From assembly GCF_001194135.2 (NCBI RefSeq), contig NC_068982.1, positions 169,015,887 through 169,079,886 on the forward strand: a stretch of DNA of 64,000 bases. The letters run 5' to 3'. The notes under the pieces are model-generated. The model worked only from the letters and a program-made list of their open reading frames with translations, searched no databases and had not been told where the DNA came from. The position numbers were made by a program, and so were the translations under genes. This DNA comes from Octopus bimaculoides (lineage: Eukaryota). Each line of letters begins with the position of its first letter. Position 1 is the first letter of the stretch. Below, in pieces: positions 1-15,217 of this stretch.

Positions 1-1432
1 ACTAATTACCATTTCTATTCCTCAGTATGAAAATTAAATTCAAAAATTGTCTTAACTAATGATACATTAAGCAATTCAAGACAATAATCACTCTGACTTG
101 AGTTTATTGTTTGAAATATCTAAGATTAAACTAGCTTAAGTTAAACACAACTGTTGTCACCTCAATCATGAGACACCGGGATTGCTCAATGAGTGAAACT
201 ATTCTAAAGGGATCAGTAAGTTTATAGTTATCCCTTTGCCTCACTTTCAATTTCTTACAATATTACAATAACCTTTATTGGGGGGAAATGCTAATGGGAA
301 GGGGGACAGGAGATGAGGTGCAGAGTGAAGGGATAAAAGATTGCTGAAGTTTAAGAATCACCCACTCAACTAAATCAATAAAATGGAATAGTATTAAGAG
401 AAAAAAAACAATCACTTGAGGAATTTAACAAAACAAAAATTTGTTTGCCATCTTAGGATGTACTAAATAATTAAAGGTATCGCATTAAACTAAGTACATT
501 TAGGTGATACATAGCCAATTGGTTGATGGGTGGTAGATGGCAGAAGTATAACATTGGACAAAATATCTTACAGTACTGTTCTTTAGGTTATGTGTTCAAA
601 TCCCATCAAAGATCAACTTTGCCTTATATCTTTCCTGATCCCAATTTGACTACAAATCAAGAGTAGGGGTCCCTAAGACAGTCCGATATTGTCTCCAACA
701 TTACTCTGGCAGCTTTTGAAATACCACTTGTGTCAAGCTGTATCAACACTTGCCTTTCCCTAGCATAGAAAGACCGAACACCACATCCCAAAAGGACAAT
801 CCAGTGTCTCCATGCTGTGCTTAGTCAACACAAACTGAAGCAAAACTTGCTAGGTGCAGATCTATGGTCTCATATCAAAGTTAAAGAGTCAAATGTTCAG
901 TTAATTAAAACTTAATTCAAATGATGGGTTGTGAATTCATACCATACATCATTGTCTTAAAAGTCATTAAATACTACTTGCTTCTATTTACTTAGGGTTT
1001 TTTTTTTTGTTAGAAAGACACCCAAGAAAGATTAGGAGTTATGCAACACTATTATTGACCACCATAGTTCTTAACAATTGAAATTTTTACATATCTTTAC
1101 ATTGTAAAGAATAACGTTTAATAAATATCAGTCATTTTAAAGATTATTCATAATATATTTAATTCATTCATTACGAGTAAGTGAGCAAACATGGAGAAGC
1201 TTCCCACTTAGGGCTCATTATCTCTCTAGGTTTTTCTGTACTCTTACATAGCTCAACTTTCTACCTAACCAATTTCTTCAACAAAAAAAAAAAACAAAAA
1301 AAACAAAAAAAAACAAAAAAAAAATTCCACCCAAATGTATTTGTGATGTTTTCAAAAACTACTTAGAAAGTTACCATATTTGCACCATATAGTTTCACTG
1401 CAGTATCCCTTCCAACTGAAGCAAAGCAGTCA

Positions 1433-1738
<306 letters not shown>

Positions 1739-2115
1739 TTACCAATATCAATACTAATATAGTAATAATGATGATAATGGAAAATTTCCTTTTTTATTGT
1801 TCTGAAAAGTTAGGTCATTCAAAGATAATTAGCAAGTGGTTAGATTAGAAAATTGGAAGCTGATAAAATTCCCTTAAAATACACTATTTCAATACATTTG
1901 ACCTTATTCACTAATTAAAAAATCCTAAAAACTTAAATGACAATATGAAATTATGAATTTTCATAAAAACATACCCATGCAATTGAATCAAAATTTAAAC
2001 TATAGTAAACTAAAGCTAATTAAAGTAATTACTTTAGACTCAAAATTACTATGGTTTTAATAAACCATCCTAGTTAATCTAAATAAAGAAATAAGAAATT
2101 AAGATTTCATTACTA

Positions 2116-2440
<325 letters not shown>

Positions 2441-5400
2441 TAACACAGAAACAGACAAATTAATCAGGAAGCAAAGAGCTATTAAGGTTGTGACTGCTTA
2501 CAGAATTTGAGAAATCCTCACTACAATAGGAAATTATTAGTGGACAGTTGCATCAAAAAAATACATTTTAAAATCATTAGCTACAATTGCTGCTGCCATT
2601 CATCTTTCATCCTTGTTTCTTTTGAAACTTTTGCAGAATAGCTTACCTTTTACTGTTTCTCTATTACCTAATAACTGACATTAAGCAGCTTAATATTAAT
2701 TATAAATTTAGGAACTCGGATATAAGTGAAACCATCAAACAATTATGTTTAAATACTCTAAAACTAGTAATATTTTTATTATTGTTGCCACTGCCTTAAT
2801 CTGGAGCTTACTGTTAAAAAAAAAAAAATATGCAAAGCAATAATCAGATCAATTAATATATATATTAAGTCTTCATCAGAAGTGATGGCTTCAAACCAGT
2901 CTAAATATGTCTATGAGTTTAATTAACCCTAGACTACGCATACAACTTGATCTAACCCTGATCAATGTCAGAATTTCAAAAGGACCAGTTTTCTCCAGTA
3001 TGGTTGGGTGTTAAATGATGTTCTTGAAGCCTGGCACTGTGACAGCAGAAGTGAATACAGCAACAATGAATTGATAAAACCTGAATTATATATACACACA
3101 TACATGAAAAATTTAATTTCAAAAACGGGAAAAAATTCACTAAAGCTACTTCTTTCTTAGTTACATTAATTCACCTAGACGACATCATTTTTCCAATGGT
3201 CATATTAACTGGTTTTAAGAAGTTTTAGGAAAAAAGAAAGTTATGACAATGAGAGGGTGCACAGCCAAAGAAACTCCACAAAAGATGTAGTAGCACAGCT
3301 ATAGGTTTCTCAATATATATTTATTAACAAAACTCGATATTAACTAACTGTAGTTCAAACACGTTATTTTCCCCACCCTTATCAGCTCAGAGTTTAGAAG
3401 TAAAACTTAGAGACATTCAACAACTTTCATTACAAGCTACCTATCAAAGAATGCTTCAATTTCACTGTAAGGTAAATGAATTAATGTAAAGAAAGTATTT
3501 TTTCATTTTGCAATTATAATAGAAAAAGTACTAGTTTGTTATCCTTAGTTAAACAAATGCTTACATCAATTCAAATAATGTTTTCAAATAGCAAATTTTC
3601 ACTTCATATAAGTATTCTATTTCTTTTTGACTTGACACGGTCAAATTTTCTGAGGAGGGATATAGTTAATTGAGCCAACTTCAGTATAACAAGTATTTTA
3701 TTAACCTCAAAAGTGGCTGAATACAGAACATGGAGAGACAAAACTAAATGTAATGTATTTAGTACTCTTTCTACCAACTCTCACAATAATGATTTCTAAC
3801 ATTGGCACAGTCCACAAATTTTGAAATCGAGGGAGGTCAGCATCTGAACTGGTCCTGGTATACAACTGGTAAATTAAGCCTAGAGATGAAAAGTTACAGC
3901 ACTCTACAACATTGAACAGTAGTATATATGACGTACTTTGGTTATATCTGCTACCTATATTTTTGAAATTGCAGTAGTTAATAAAGACAACTAAATAATA
4001 TGATTGAGTAGTTTTAAATCATGGTTAAAACATTAAAAAAAATTGTTGAAAAAGTTCTAATGTGGAAGATACATAAATAAAAACTAGTAGTAATACTAAT
4101 GACTGCTGCTGCTGCTGGCCACATTTGATGTGGTACCAAAATGGAGAAAAGACAACAAAATTTTGAATAATTAATAACTAAATAAAGTAGAATTTTCTTT
4201 GAAAAAATAAAATAGGAGAGAGATATATGAAGTGTAAATAATGATGGTAAATATGTTTACTCAGGTAAAAACTTCTGTTTGAGAACTGTTTGATAAATGT
4301 TTGTCAAAAAGGGGATAAGAATTTAGTTTCCTCACCCATCTCCATCTCAAAGCTTAAAGTCAAGATGATAAAACAATGCTCATAGACAAAAATTAGGTTG
4401 GGGAAAAAGGAAGGTTAAATTGAATAAAGAAATGTTTAAGTGATAAAGTGAAATCTGTATCAGAATTGAAATTTAAGTGGTTATTCACTTGAAATTGGAA
4501 TTTTCACTGTTTCATTTTCAATTACCATCACTCTCAGATTTTGATTTGCAAAAACTTTTAATAATATGAAATTTCAAACCAAAAACTCATATCATCTAAA
4601 CTGCCAATAATGACAAAAAGCCATTCTGATTATAAATATATAATATATATTTTTTAATTGCAATTTTATCCAACTCCTGAAGAGAGTTGAATACAAAATT
4701 GAAACATCAAACTAGCTAGTAAGACCATCTCAGAATAAATTACCTACAAAATTTTCGTTATTTGGTTTCTTACTCAAGTGCAAAGTTTCAGATCCATACA
4801 CAAGGAAATACGGAAAGTGCAACATTCATATTTTACTCAAAGACATCAGGTAAGTGAAGTGAACTATCTTCAAAATTAGGATTCAAAACCAGCTGCAAAC
4901 ATGGTAGACTGGAAATCCCCATTTTGTTCTCAAGCAATTGCCATACTAACACATATTAATTGTATTTTCCATTTTAAATATCGTTTTATTTTGTTTTTTG
5001 TTGGGGGAGGAGGGGTCGCTAAGAACAAACCATGCTATCTCTCAAATGTGTAAGTAGTAACATAATTGAAGCTCAACCATAACTTCAATCTGAAAACAAG
5101 ACTACATCACCAAAGTAAACACACCAACAGTTCTTACTCTTTAAATAGAAAAAAAAATTTAACTCTCGTTAATCAAAACAAATAATAAGATATCAGATTA
5201 TATATAGCCCAGTTTACTTTTAACAAGCAATATTGAGGCCAAAGATAGTGTTATATAAGTATATTTTACATTTACAAAAGGAAAAAAAAGCTTAAATATC
5301 TACAAATAAAGAAGAAAAAAAATAAACATAGCTATAACTTCTCCTTTAAGTGATAGTATTGTATCTGAATGGAGATGTTACCTATAGAAAATAAGAGAGC

Positions 5401-6064
5401 CTGCAGCTAATGAGGCAATGATAGAAACTCAACCAGTTCAATATATTTAGAAACATTACAGCTGTGCTACTAAACAGACACTGGAAAAGAAAAAAATGGA
5501 AATCATTTCATATAATTGTGCGTGTGTATGCATGCGCACACGCACACACAGAAGCAAATTTTGCATGTAAATTTACAACTAGGTGAGTGTGTGTGTGTGT
5601 GTGTGTACTTGTACTGTGTAATTTGCTTTGTATTCATGTGTGTAAATTTATGCTAAAAAGCTCACAATACCTACATGTATTTGAATATGCATTTTCTGTA
5701 TAAGTGTGCGTGTGAATGCAAGGTGATATGAGGAGAAACTGGGTAAAGAGAAGAGAAACAAAGGTATGATGAGTTGGAAAGTTAACAGGAGGAAAATAGA
5801 AAGAATTGTGTGTACATGTGCGTGTATGTGTGTGTGTGCATGTGTTGTATTTCTCATCATCTGCTGTATGGTGACACTGGAAGTATACAGGCAGAACAAG
5901 AAAAAAAAAGTATGAAAAAAAAAAGAAAATTAAAAAAAAAGAAAACCAGGTCCTTTTCATTTCCATTTTAAAGGGTAAAGAAAAAAAACTACAATAACTG
6001 GTCAAATAAGAAGCTAATCCCTTTGTAATTCCCATTATTATTATTATCAATAATAATAACTGTT

Positions 6065-6245
6065 TTGGAGGAGGGCAAGTCGATTACATCAACCCCAGTA
6101 GTCAACTGGTACTTATTTTATCAACCTCAAAAGGATGAAAGGCAATGTTGACCTTGTTGGGATTTCAACTCGGAATGTAAAGTCAGACAAAATGCTTAGT
6201 GGCATTTTGTCCAGCATGCTAATGATTCAGCCAGCTTGTTGCCAT
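6065..6245 (-). mobile_element. tRNA-derived SINE with Deu/Nin-like core, degenerate
   Basis: Reverse-complement similarity to the copy at 59740-59970 (ctttcatcc...gataaaataagtaccagtt...ggggt). Confidence 0.7.
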
Positions 6246-7600
6246 AATAATAATAATAATAACAACAACAACACAATAGCAAAAACCAATCAGAGTAACG
6301 AGTCAAACAGAAATATAACCCTTTCAATAAAGAGACAAAAGTAAATCTAAAACAAAATATTTTAAAATTCAATCATTGGTAAAATCATTTTTTAAGTTTA
6401 GGGGCAAAACTGAAATGTTTTCATATACTTAATGATTTCACATGAATTTTACTGGAGTAAAACAGATGTCGAAAATGAATTCTTCTTTTCAATCTCATAT
6501 AACTGTATTGAAATAAATAGATAGAACTGTATAGTGTGTATAAAACATTGGTGTTTCATGGTCTCCTATCTTGTACTATGAGGGTCCTATAAAATGGTAC
6601 AACATACTACTGAGAAACAGAAACAGTCACCAGTCAAATGAGAGTAATTTAAATAAAAAGAAAAATAATGAACACAAACAAGTAAAATAGCAAAACAACT
6701 GTCGTTTTGGAGATGTACGAGTGAAAGACTGTGCATGGGTTTAAGGAAGTTCAGCCAAAATAAAATTAGATCACAACTAAGTAACGGATAAAATTTTAGT
6801 GGAGTTGAAGCAATATCATCGGAAAAGTTTTTGAACATTAGTGCTTGCTTTGAAAGAAAGAAAACAGCAAAATATGCTAAGTAAAAAATCAACTAAAAAA
6901 TTTTTTGAAATATACACTGGATCAGCAATACACTAAAGAAACTAAAATATGTCCAATATTTTGTAATAAGCAATCTGCAACTTAATAACTTAAAATCCAT
7001 GAGATAAATTATCTTTAATAATACAATAGCTACAGAAAAAAGTTTTCTCCACATTATAACAAGGCTGCAGATATACACATCGCATTCACAAAATAACTAT
7101 AAAGCAAAGTAAAAATATTAAAATAAGACTATCGAAAATACATATTAAGTACTATACATGGATGCAGCCTGCTCCAATCAATATTCATTTTGTAATTACA
7201 TAGCCAACTATTTTCAAACCTGAGCACTTGAGCAGTATTTTAAACCATCCCCCAATTACAAAAAAAAAAAGGAAAAAAAAACTTGTCTGATCCAGTCAAT
7301 CACAAAATACATGTATATTAAAAAAAAAACAATATACTATGTCCAAATTATGTGGAGGATCTAACTGAGAGAACCGAAATTATGGCACACTAATCATGTC
7401 TAACTTGCTTGTCTCTCCTAACAGCCATTAACAAAGCCTTTGACTATGAACAAACCAAATAAAATGATTGCTACATGTGTTAACCACAACCCCAACATTG
7501 CACACTACCCAACCAATGCAGGTCAAAGTGCTTAGTATGGTCCTAGATAGACTCGAGTATAATGTGCACCTAATTGTTAAATCGATATAGTTCTACTCTA

Positions 7601-8020
<420 letters not shown>

Positions 8021-8700
8021 TTAGAAACATGTATTGTGTCAGACCAAAAAGACAGATGCAATTGTGATGAAACTCAACTTTGCTAAATAACAAGAGACAG
8101 ATTACAGAATCTGAAAAATAATTACAACACAAAGGCAAAACAATATCGTATCTTAGGGCCACTACTGATAGACTGACCCAGACCTAAGCAGTTCATTTAA
8201 GGAAGACTAACAGTTACCCATGTATGCAGGTCTCCTTTCTCCATGCCACTACCTTAGAGTAGATATAGCTTCACACCAGTGTCATCAGAGGTGTTGCTTT
8301 CAAAATACCAAGAGATGAAACAAATATCAAAAAGCCCCTTGTTCAATGTTCTAACAGTTCCATCAATCTACCACTCTCAGCTGGTATTTATCAGCTCCAA
8401 AACAATGAAAGGAAAAAGCTGACCTCAGCAGGACTTAAATTCACAGAAACTGAAGGTTGGACCAAATACTGTAAAGCATTAGGAAGGGCATCCATCCATA
8501 GAAACCATGCCAAAGCAGACAGTGGAGCTTGGTGCAGTCCTCAGATTTGCTAGTTCCTTTTGAAAAATCCAGTATAGAAAATAGATATTTGCCTTTTAGC
8601 ATTCAGATTAGTCAAAAGTAATGCTTATTTATTCATAATTTTAAAAATCCATCCTGTATAATCTTGTAGCTTTGAAATTTTGAAAGATGTGATTGGTTCT

Positions 8701-9055
8701 TGTGCGGGTGGCACATGAGATGCACCATTTTGAGCGTGGCCGTTGCCAGTACCGCCTGACTGGCTCCCGTAGGATTTTCGAGCGAGATCGTTGCCAGTGC
8801 CCCTGGACTGGCTTGTGCGGGTGGCACATAAAAGACACCATTTCGAGCGTGGCCGTTTTCGTGCGGGTGACACGTAAAAGCACCCACTACACTCTCTGAG
8901 TGGTTGGCGTTAGGAAGGGCATCCAGCTGTAGAAACTCTGCCAAATTAGATTGGAGCCTGGTGTTGCCATCCGGTTTCACCAGTCCTCAGTCAAATCGTC
9001 CAACCCATGCTAGCATGGAAAGCGGACGTTAAACGATGATGATGATGATGATGAT
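8701..9055 (+). mobile_element. Young 3'-tail copy of an RTE-type retroelement ending in (GAT)n
   Basis: aggaagggcatccagc...ggacgttaaacgatgatgatg tail shared with many copies in the window, including the RT-bearing copy at 15218-16715. Confidence 0.75.
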
Positions 9056-10074
9056 TGCTTATTTTTAGAATGACATTGCAGTTGCAGGATAGGTGTGAGG
9101 TTGGATCTGACAGACTTGAACATAAAACAGGTTGAATATTTGGGCCAGATATAGCCTGTTTAAACAATAATGGATTAAATGATGATGATGATGATGCCTC
9201 TTCTACCCAATGCATTAGCCACTTTGCTAATCCACCACCTTGATATCACATCAACTCTTTTTAATTACACATATCCGTGAAACAGACATGCACTGGTATA
9301 GATCAGTCTAAATGCAATCCAAGATGTGACAGTGATGTCTATAGAATATTTTCTAATAAATAAAATAAATATTACTTATAATCAAGCATAAATTAAGAGT
9401 TGATGCTGGATTCATTCACATTATTACAGAAGGCACAGTTGAGGCAAAATGGTTAAGAAATTAGGCTACCATTTGTGAGACTTCAATTAAAATCTATTGG
9501 AACCGTTACATAGTATATTTGAACACAACAATTGTACACAGCTCAGCTCCTCAAGTTGTCAGGAACAGATGGCATGTTTTTTTTGTTTCGTTTTTTTTTT
9601 GTTTTTTTTTAATTTGAAATGGCTTTTCTCTACAATAAAAAGTGAAATAAGCTTTAGTCTTTAGATTGGTGAAATTAATTGTAGTCATATCACTAACAAT
9701 CTTAAGACATCAGCATGTTAAAATAACAATGATATTTAAGACAGTACATTTAACATGAAGTGCTGCTGCATACCCACCATCACACACAACCTGAAAACAA
9801 CAGGAAAGTGGACTAAAGATGATTACTGGACTGTAGCCATTGATCAAGTATTGAACAGGCTTTCCATATAGATGGAACAAGTTGAACAAGTTACTAAAAA
9901 CCTAACAAACCACATTCAATTTTAGGGCTGCAGCTAATTATAACAGTGTAACAATGTTGGTTACAGGATATGAAAACTTGTTAGCAGTACCCTACTATCT
10001 CAACCACCAATGCTTGCTGATGCTATATATAAACACAGCAACATACAAATATGAAATATTGATATGGGAACAAG

Positions 10075-10219
10075 TATGGAAGTCCACTTCACAACCAAAC
10101 CAAATGGTTCTGGGTTTGATCCCACTGTGCAACACATTAGGCAAGTGTCTTTTATAATAGACTTGGGTTGACAAATACCTTGTGAAAAAATTTAGTAATC
10201 GCAAACCGTGTGGAAGTCT

Positions 10220-10270
<51 letters not shown>
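10075..10270 (+). mobile_element. tRNA-derived CORE-like SINE, degenerate, followed by (GT)n
   Basis: ggttctgggtttgatccc...ggcaagtgtctt similar to the full copy at 27356. Confidence 0.65.
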
Positions 10271-10275
<5 letters not shown>

Positions 10276-10718
10276 CATAATTGCACAACAAATACAGGTT
10301 CCTGATACAACAGTTCCAATTACTACAAAACTGGTTCTATTTCAAAATTATTAAGCCATGCAATAAAGTATACATCAATGAAAAAAAGTTCCAAGCTGGA
10401 ATAGATAGAGAGGGTAATGCTTGAGGGCAGTACCCCAGCATGACCACAGTCTAAGATATAAACATTGGCAAAAAATCTGATAAAGGGCACTCAAACCAAA
10501 ATATGTGGTATTTATTCCAGCCAAATCATACAGACACTTCTTCGTGATACACAACATTAGTAATCCAATGAAGCAGTAATTGATCCATTGAAAATCTATA
10601 ACAAGTGAGGTTATTCACAACATGGTTGAACTACCTATTTTAGTAATAATATACAAAATTATGTAAATTCCAAACTGTCCTTTGATAGGATGGGGGATGA
10701 GGTAAAATTCAATCTTCA

Positions 10719-10982
<264 letters not shown>

Positions 10983-12697
10983 CTAATTTTAGGAGAAAAC
11001 AAATAAAAAGGGTAAAATGATTTCCCTAATACATTATGAAATTTTAAAACCCTGCATATTTGATATCTAAAAGAAAAATGCTATTACTACAGTATTTACC
11101 CAAAGTTAATAAGTACCTAGTTATACATAAGCAAATACACTTGACACATCCATGTAGTTATTACCCAGTCACTTACACACTAAGACACAAAATAGTAATA
11201 AAACCATGGCATCAGAACAGGTTATGTTTTGAGAAACACATACTTGAAACGGTAGCATATATAATCAGATCCCAAAAATTATTAATCATATAGGTTGAAA
11301 CCACTCATATCAGACTCATACCATATCCTATTGTTCTAATATAGTCCTATGTGCACTGTTCTGAGAAAATGACAGGATGATCTTTGCTGGAATGCTTTTG
11401 ACCATATATCTGCTCAAACAATTCTGTCCTAAGACTAGGCAACAATATAATTCAACCAATCTCAAAATCCTTCAATTCTGAATTAGTTTACAAATCCATT
11501 TCTTTTTACCTTGGTGTCCCTTAGCTTTAGTGATTTAATTTGTAAATAAACATATAACATTAGTTATGTAAAGTAAATGAAATTATAAATATTAGAAGAC
11601 AAGTATACCCAAAACATACAATTTCTTTGGATAAAAATCATAACCTAACATTTTCATTTTAGATAAATCTGCTGATCAAATACCTTCTATGCATCACAAT
11701 TTTGCATTATCTGAATGCTTACAAATTTATCTTCACAACATCTCATGTCTCTCAACTGCAAACCCAATGCATGCTTTCTCTGCATATAACTAACCAGATG
11801 ATGCTTAAATTGAACATCAACCCACACTGATATTACCAGCTTCGAACAGACTGGAAAGGTAATGGGGCACTGTTCCTCCTCATTTGTTTTTAAAATATTT
11901 CAAAAATAACCATAAATACCTATTCAATTACCAAGCTCACAGCAGCTGGCTTTATCCATTCAGATCACATGCAAAAACCAGTATAGTCACATATGTACAC
12001 AGTCAATACTGCTGATGCCCTATTACTTGCCCTCATTTCCATAGTAATACCTACCTTGTCCTTCCCCAGTTGCTTTAGAACTTATGCATTTACAGCCCAT
12101 CTCATTTCCATACATCATGAATTTTTTAAAAGAAAGGTAAGTGTTTACTTATCCCACACACCATCACAATTAGAGTGAACTACTTCACTTTTTATAAGAT
12201 AACCATCAACAAATGATTTATTCTATTGATTTCAGGAGGGGATGGAAAATAGATGTTATAGCTTTTAGTGTCTTTTCAGCTTATGTTTTAAAAAGTCTAC
12301 TCTTAAGGCTTTTTTTTTTTTATAAAAGCAGATCATAAACTTTTGATTCACCTCTAATTCTCACCCAAACCATGGTACTACTATTACTATCCTCACTGCC
12401 ATTCTAATTATATCAACAGGACAATAAAGCTTGTCAACTACTTCCAGAAAGACAAACATGAAGTACTTAATAGCATCCACTTCATCACTGCTCATATTTC
12501 TAGCTATTTTAATGCAGCCAGTACATTTACATTTGCAATTCTATCAGTACATCAGTAATCATAAGACATTTTCTTTACCTAGCGTTTGCATTCAAACTCT
12601 TATTTAGTTCCTTCTCATCAAAACAAATTGATAATACAGAAAATCATTTTAAATGCATTAACAGTCAGTTGTGTTTAATAATAAATGTTGCAAAATA

Positions 12698-12731
<34 letters not shown>

Positions 12732-14439
12732 CACTTAGTCCTGTCAAAAAACTGCAAATGTTTACATTATAAAGTACCAGCAGAGGAATAATCACTGAAT
12801 AATACAGTTCAATAAGGCTCGTCTCTTTATGGACCGAGTGTAACCCAATAAATCAATTCTAAATGAAGAATACTATTCAGTAATGTGAAATCAATACAAA
12901 TAGTTTGCTCTATACATTGCAAACATCAAATCTGCTCTCAACATTACCAAAATGGAAATAACTGTGTGAGCTAACAAAACAAGCATCTGCATAATCGAAC
13001 CACATATTTATTGTAGCAACCAAATCTCCAAAAGAATTTCCTGTTCTTAAAATAGGAAGATTTCTAAAGGTCCTAAATACTGTCTGGAAATCCAAATTTA
13101 TAACACTGATAAAATATCCATTATATAATGCGAAATGAGTGCTAGACATGTTAATCCCAGGTATATGAATGATAGCCTCTATGTCCTTAAAAATGATTTC
13201 AGATTAACAAGACACACTTTCACAACTGACCCACTAAAGTACACTACAGTAACTAGACTACAATAATGCACTTTTAAACAATATTAAAATACACTCACCA
13301 TCTGGTTTTTAAATCGTATAACATAACAGCATAAACTCACATCAACAACCTAAAAAATTCACACAAATACAAACAAACACAAACCTCACCAAACCAAAGA
13401 CAGGCGTCATCTTCTGCCCTACGCATCTAACTATCACAACTACATGGCAAAGAATTCCCCAATTTTTCATTTTGCTTGGACCAACTACAAAATGTCATTA
13501 CAACACACATCACCGAAGAAAGCAAAAATATTTTTACACACTCTAGAGAAGCAGAACAAAATATATTGCATCACAAAGTAGAGTTAAAGTTTTCAGAATT
13601 TAACAACACAATCAGCAAGAGAGACACTACTTTATATAAGTCCAACAAAGTAATTATAGACGGCAAAAAGAAAATATCTCCGACAAGGTAAAATAAAACA
13701 AAAACTTAAATATATGCTAGAAAAAAAACACAGGCAACTTCAAATACAACAGATCAAAACCACAGAAAACTAAAATAAAATTCAACATCAAACGAAGGAA
13801 ATACAAAAAAAAAAATTCACCATAGAAAATTCGAAACCTGGTTAACATTTGTATCCAGCATAAACCACAAATTAACATTAAAGAAAAACAGCATAGCAAT
13901 TAGTATAGCCAAAAAGTCACATTAGATCAATGTCTCAATAAACTCAAACTGAAACATTTAGCAAATGCTTGAAAATAAGGCAATGAAAATAACACAAAAG
14001 GACAGGGACATAGAAACTAAAAATATGCATCTTTCTCCAAGATCTTGACTCCTTCCTTCTAGCAAACCAAAAAGTAATAGAGAAACATGAAACTAAAAAA
14101 TTTCAGTCATCATCATGGTTTTAGCATCCACTTTTCCGTGCTTGCACAAGTCAAAATTTCTTGAGGCAAATTTTCTATGGTCAGATGCCAACCCTCACCT
14201 GTTTCCAAGTAAGATATATTGCCCCAGTGCTGGACATAATTTCTAAGAAAATTGGAAACAAAGGACACTGCTTTAAGAAAGTGATGTTTTTCATACCTAG
14301 TACATAATGTCAAGACAAGGGAAGACATACACACACAAATATGCTGCTTTCAATTTCCATGACCAAATCAACTCGCAAGGACATCCCTAGATACTAAATT
14401 CATTAAGACATTTTAACTGCTATACAAATTGGCATTTTA

Positions 14440-14724
<285 letters not shown>

Positions 14725-15026
14725 CTAGAAATTGAAGCAAATTCAGAATTTAGAAAATACAGAAAAATGTATACTATCATACAAGAGATTTTAAGCATTT
14801 AAAAGATATTTTTTGAAAAGTTGACAAGTTACATGACAAAATACATCAATCAATTGGGAAGAAAAGAACCAGTAAAACCTTGACCAAGCTTATATCTACT
14901 GGCATTGCCTTGTTACTCAAACTTAACTGAAAAACTAATTAAATGGTTGATACTTTTTTCTAACAATTCAAGTTAATGATAACTGATGGTGAAAGAAAAA
15001 ATGTTGAGAAAATTCCACATTTTTTC

Positions 15027-15027
<1 letters not shown>

Positions 15028-15093
<66 letters not shown>
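15028..15093 (+). repeat. (CT)n microsatellite
   Basis: Directly visible. Confidence 0.95.
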
Positions 15094-15096
<3 letters not shown>

Positions 15097-15217
15097 TTTT
15101 CATTTATTTTTTTTTTTTTTCAAAATGGTTCAATAAGGAGGGAACGGCTGTATGCCATTCCATGACTCCTGAACAGCCACAAAATAATAAACTGATTTAT
15201 GGAGAGCTGTATTAAAA

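Noticed and set aside
8625-8980. Cluster of four overlapping ORFs
   Set aside because: All lie within the repetitive 3' UTR of an RTE tail copy.
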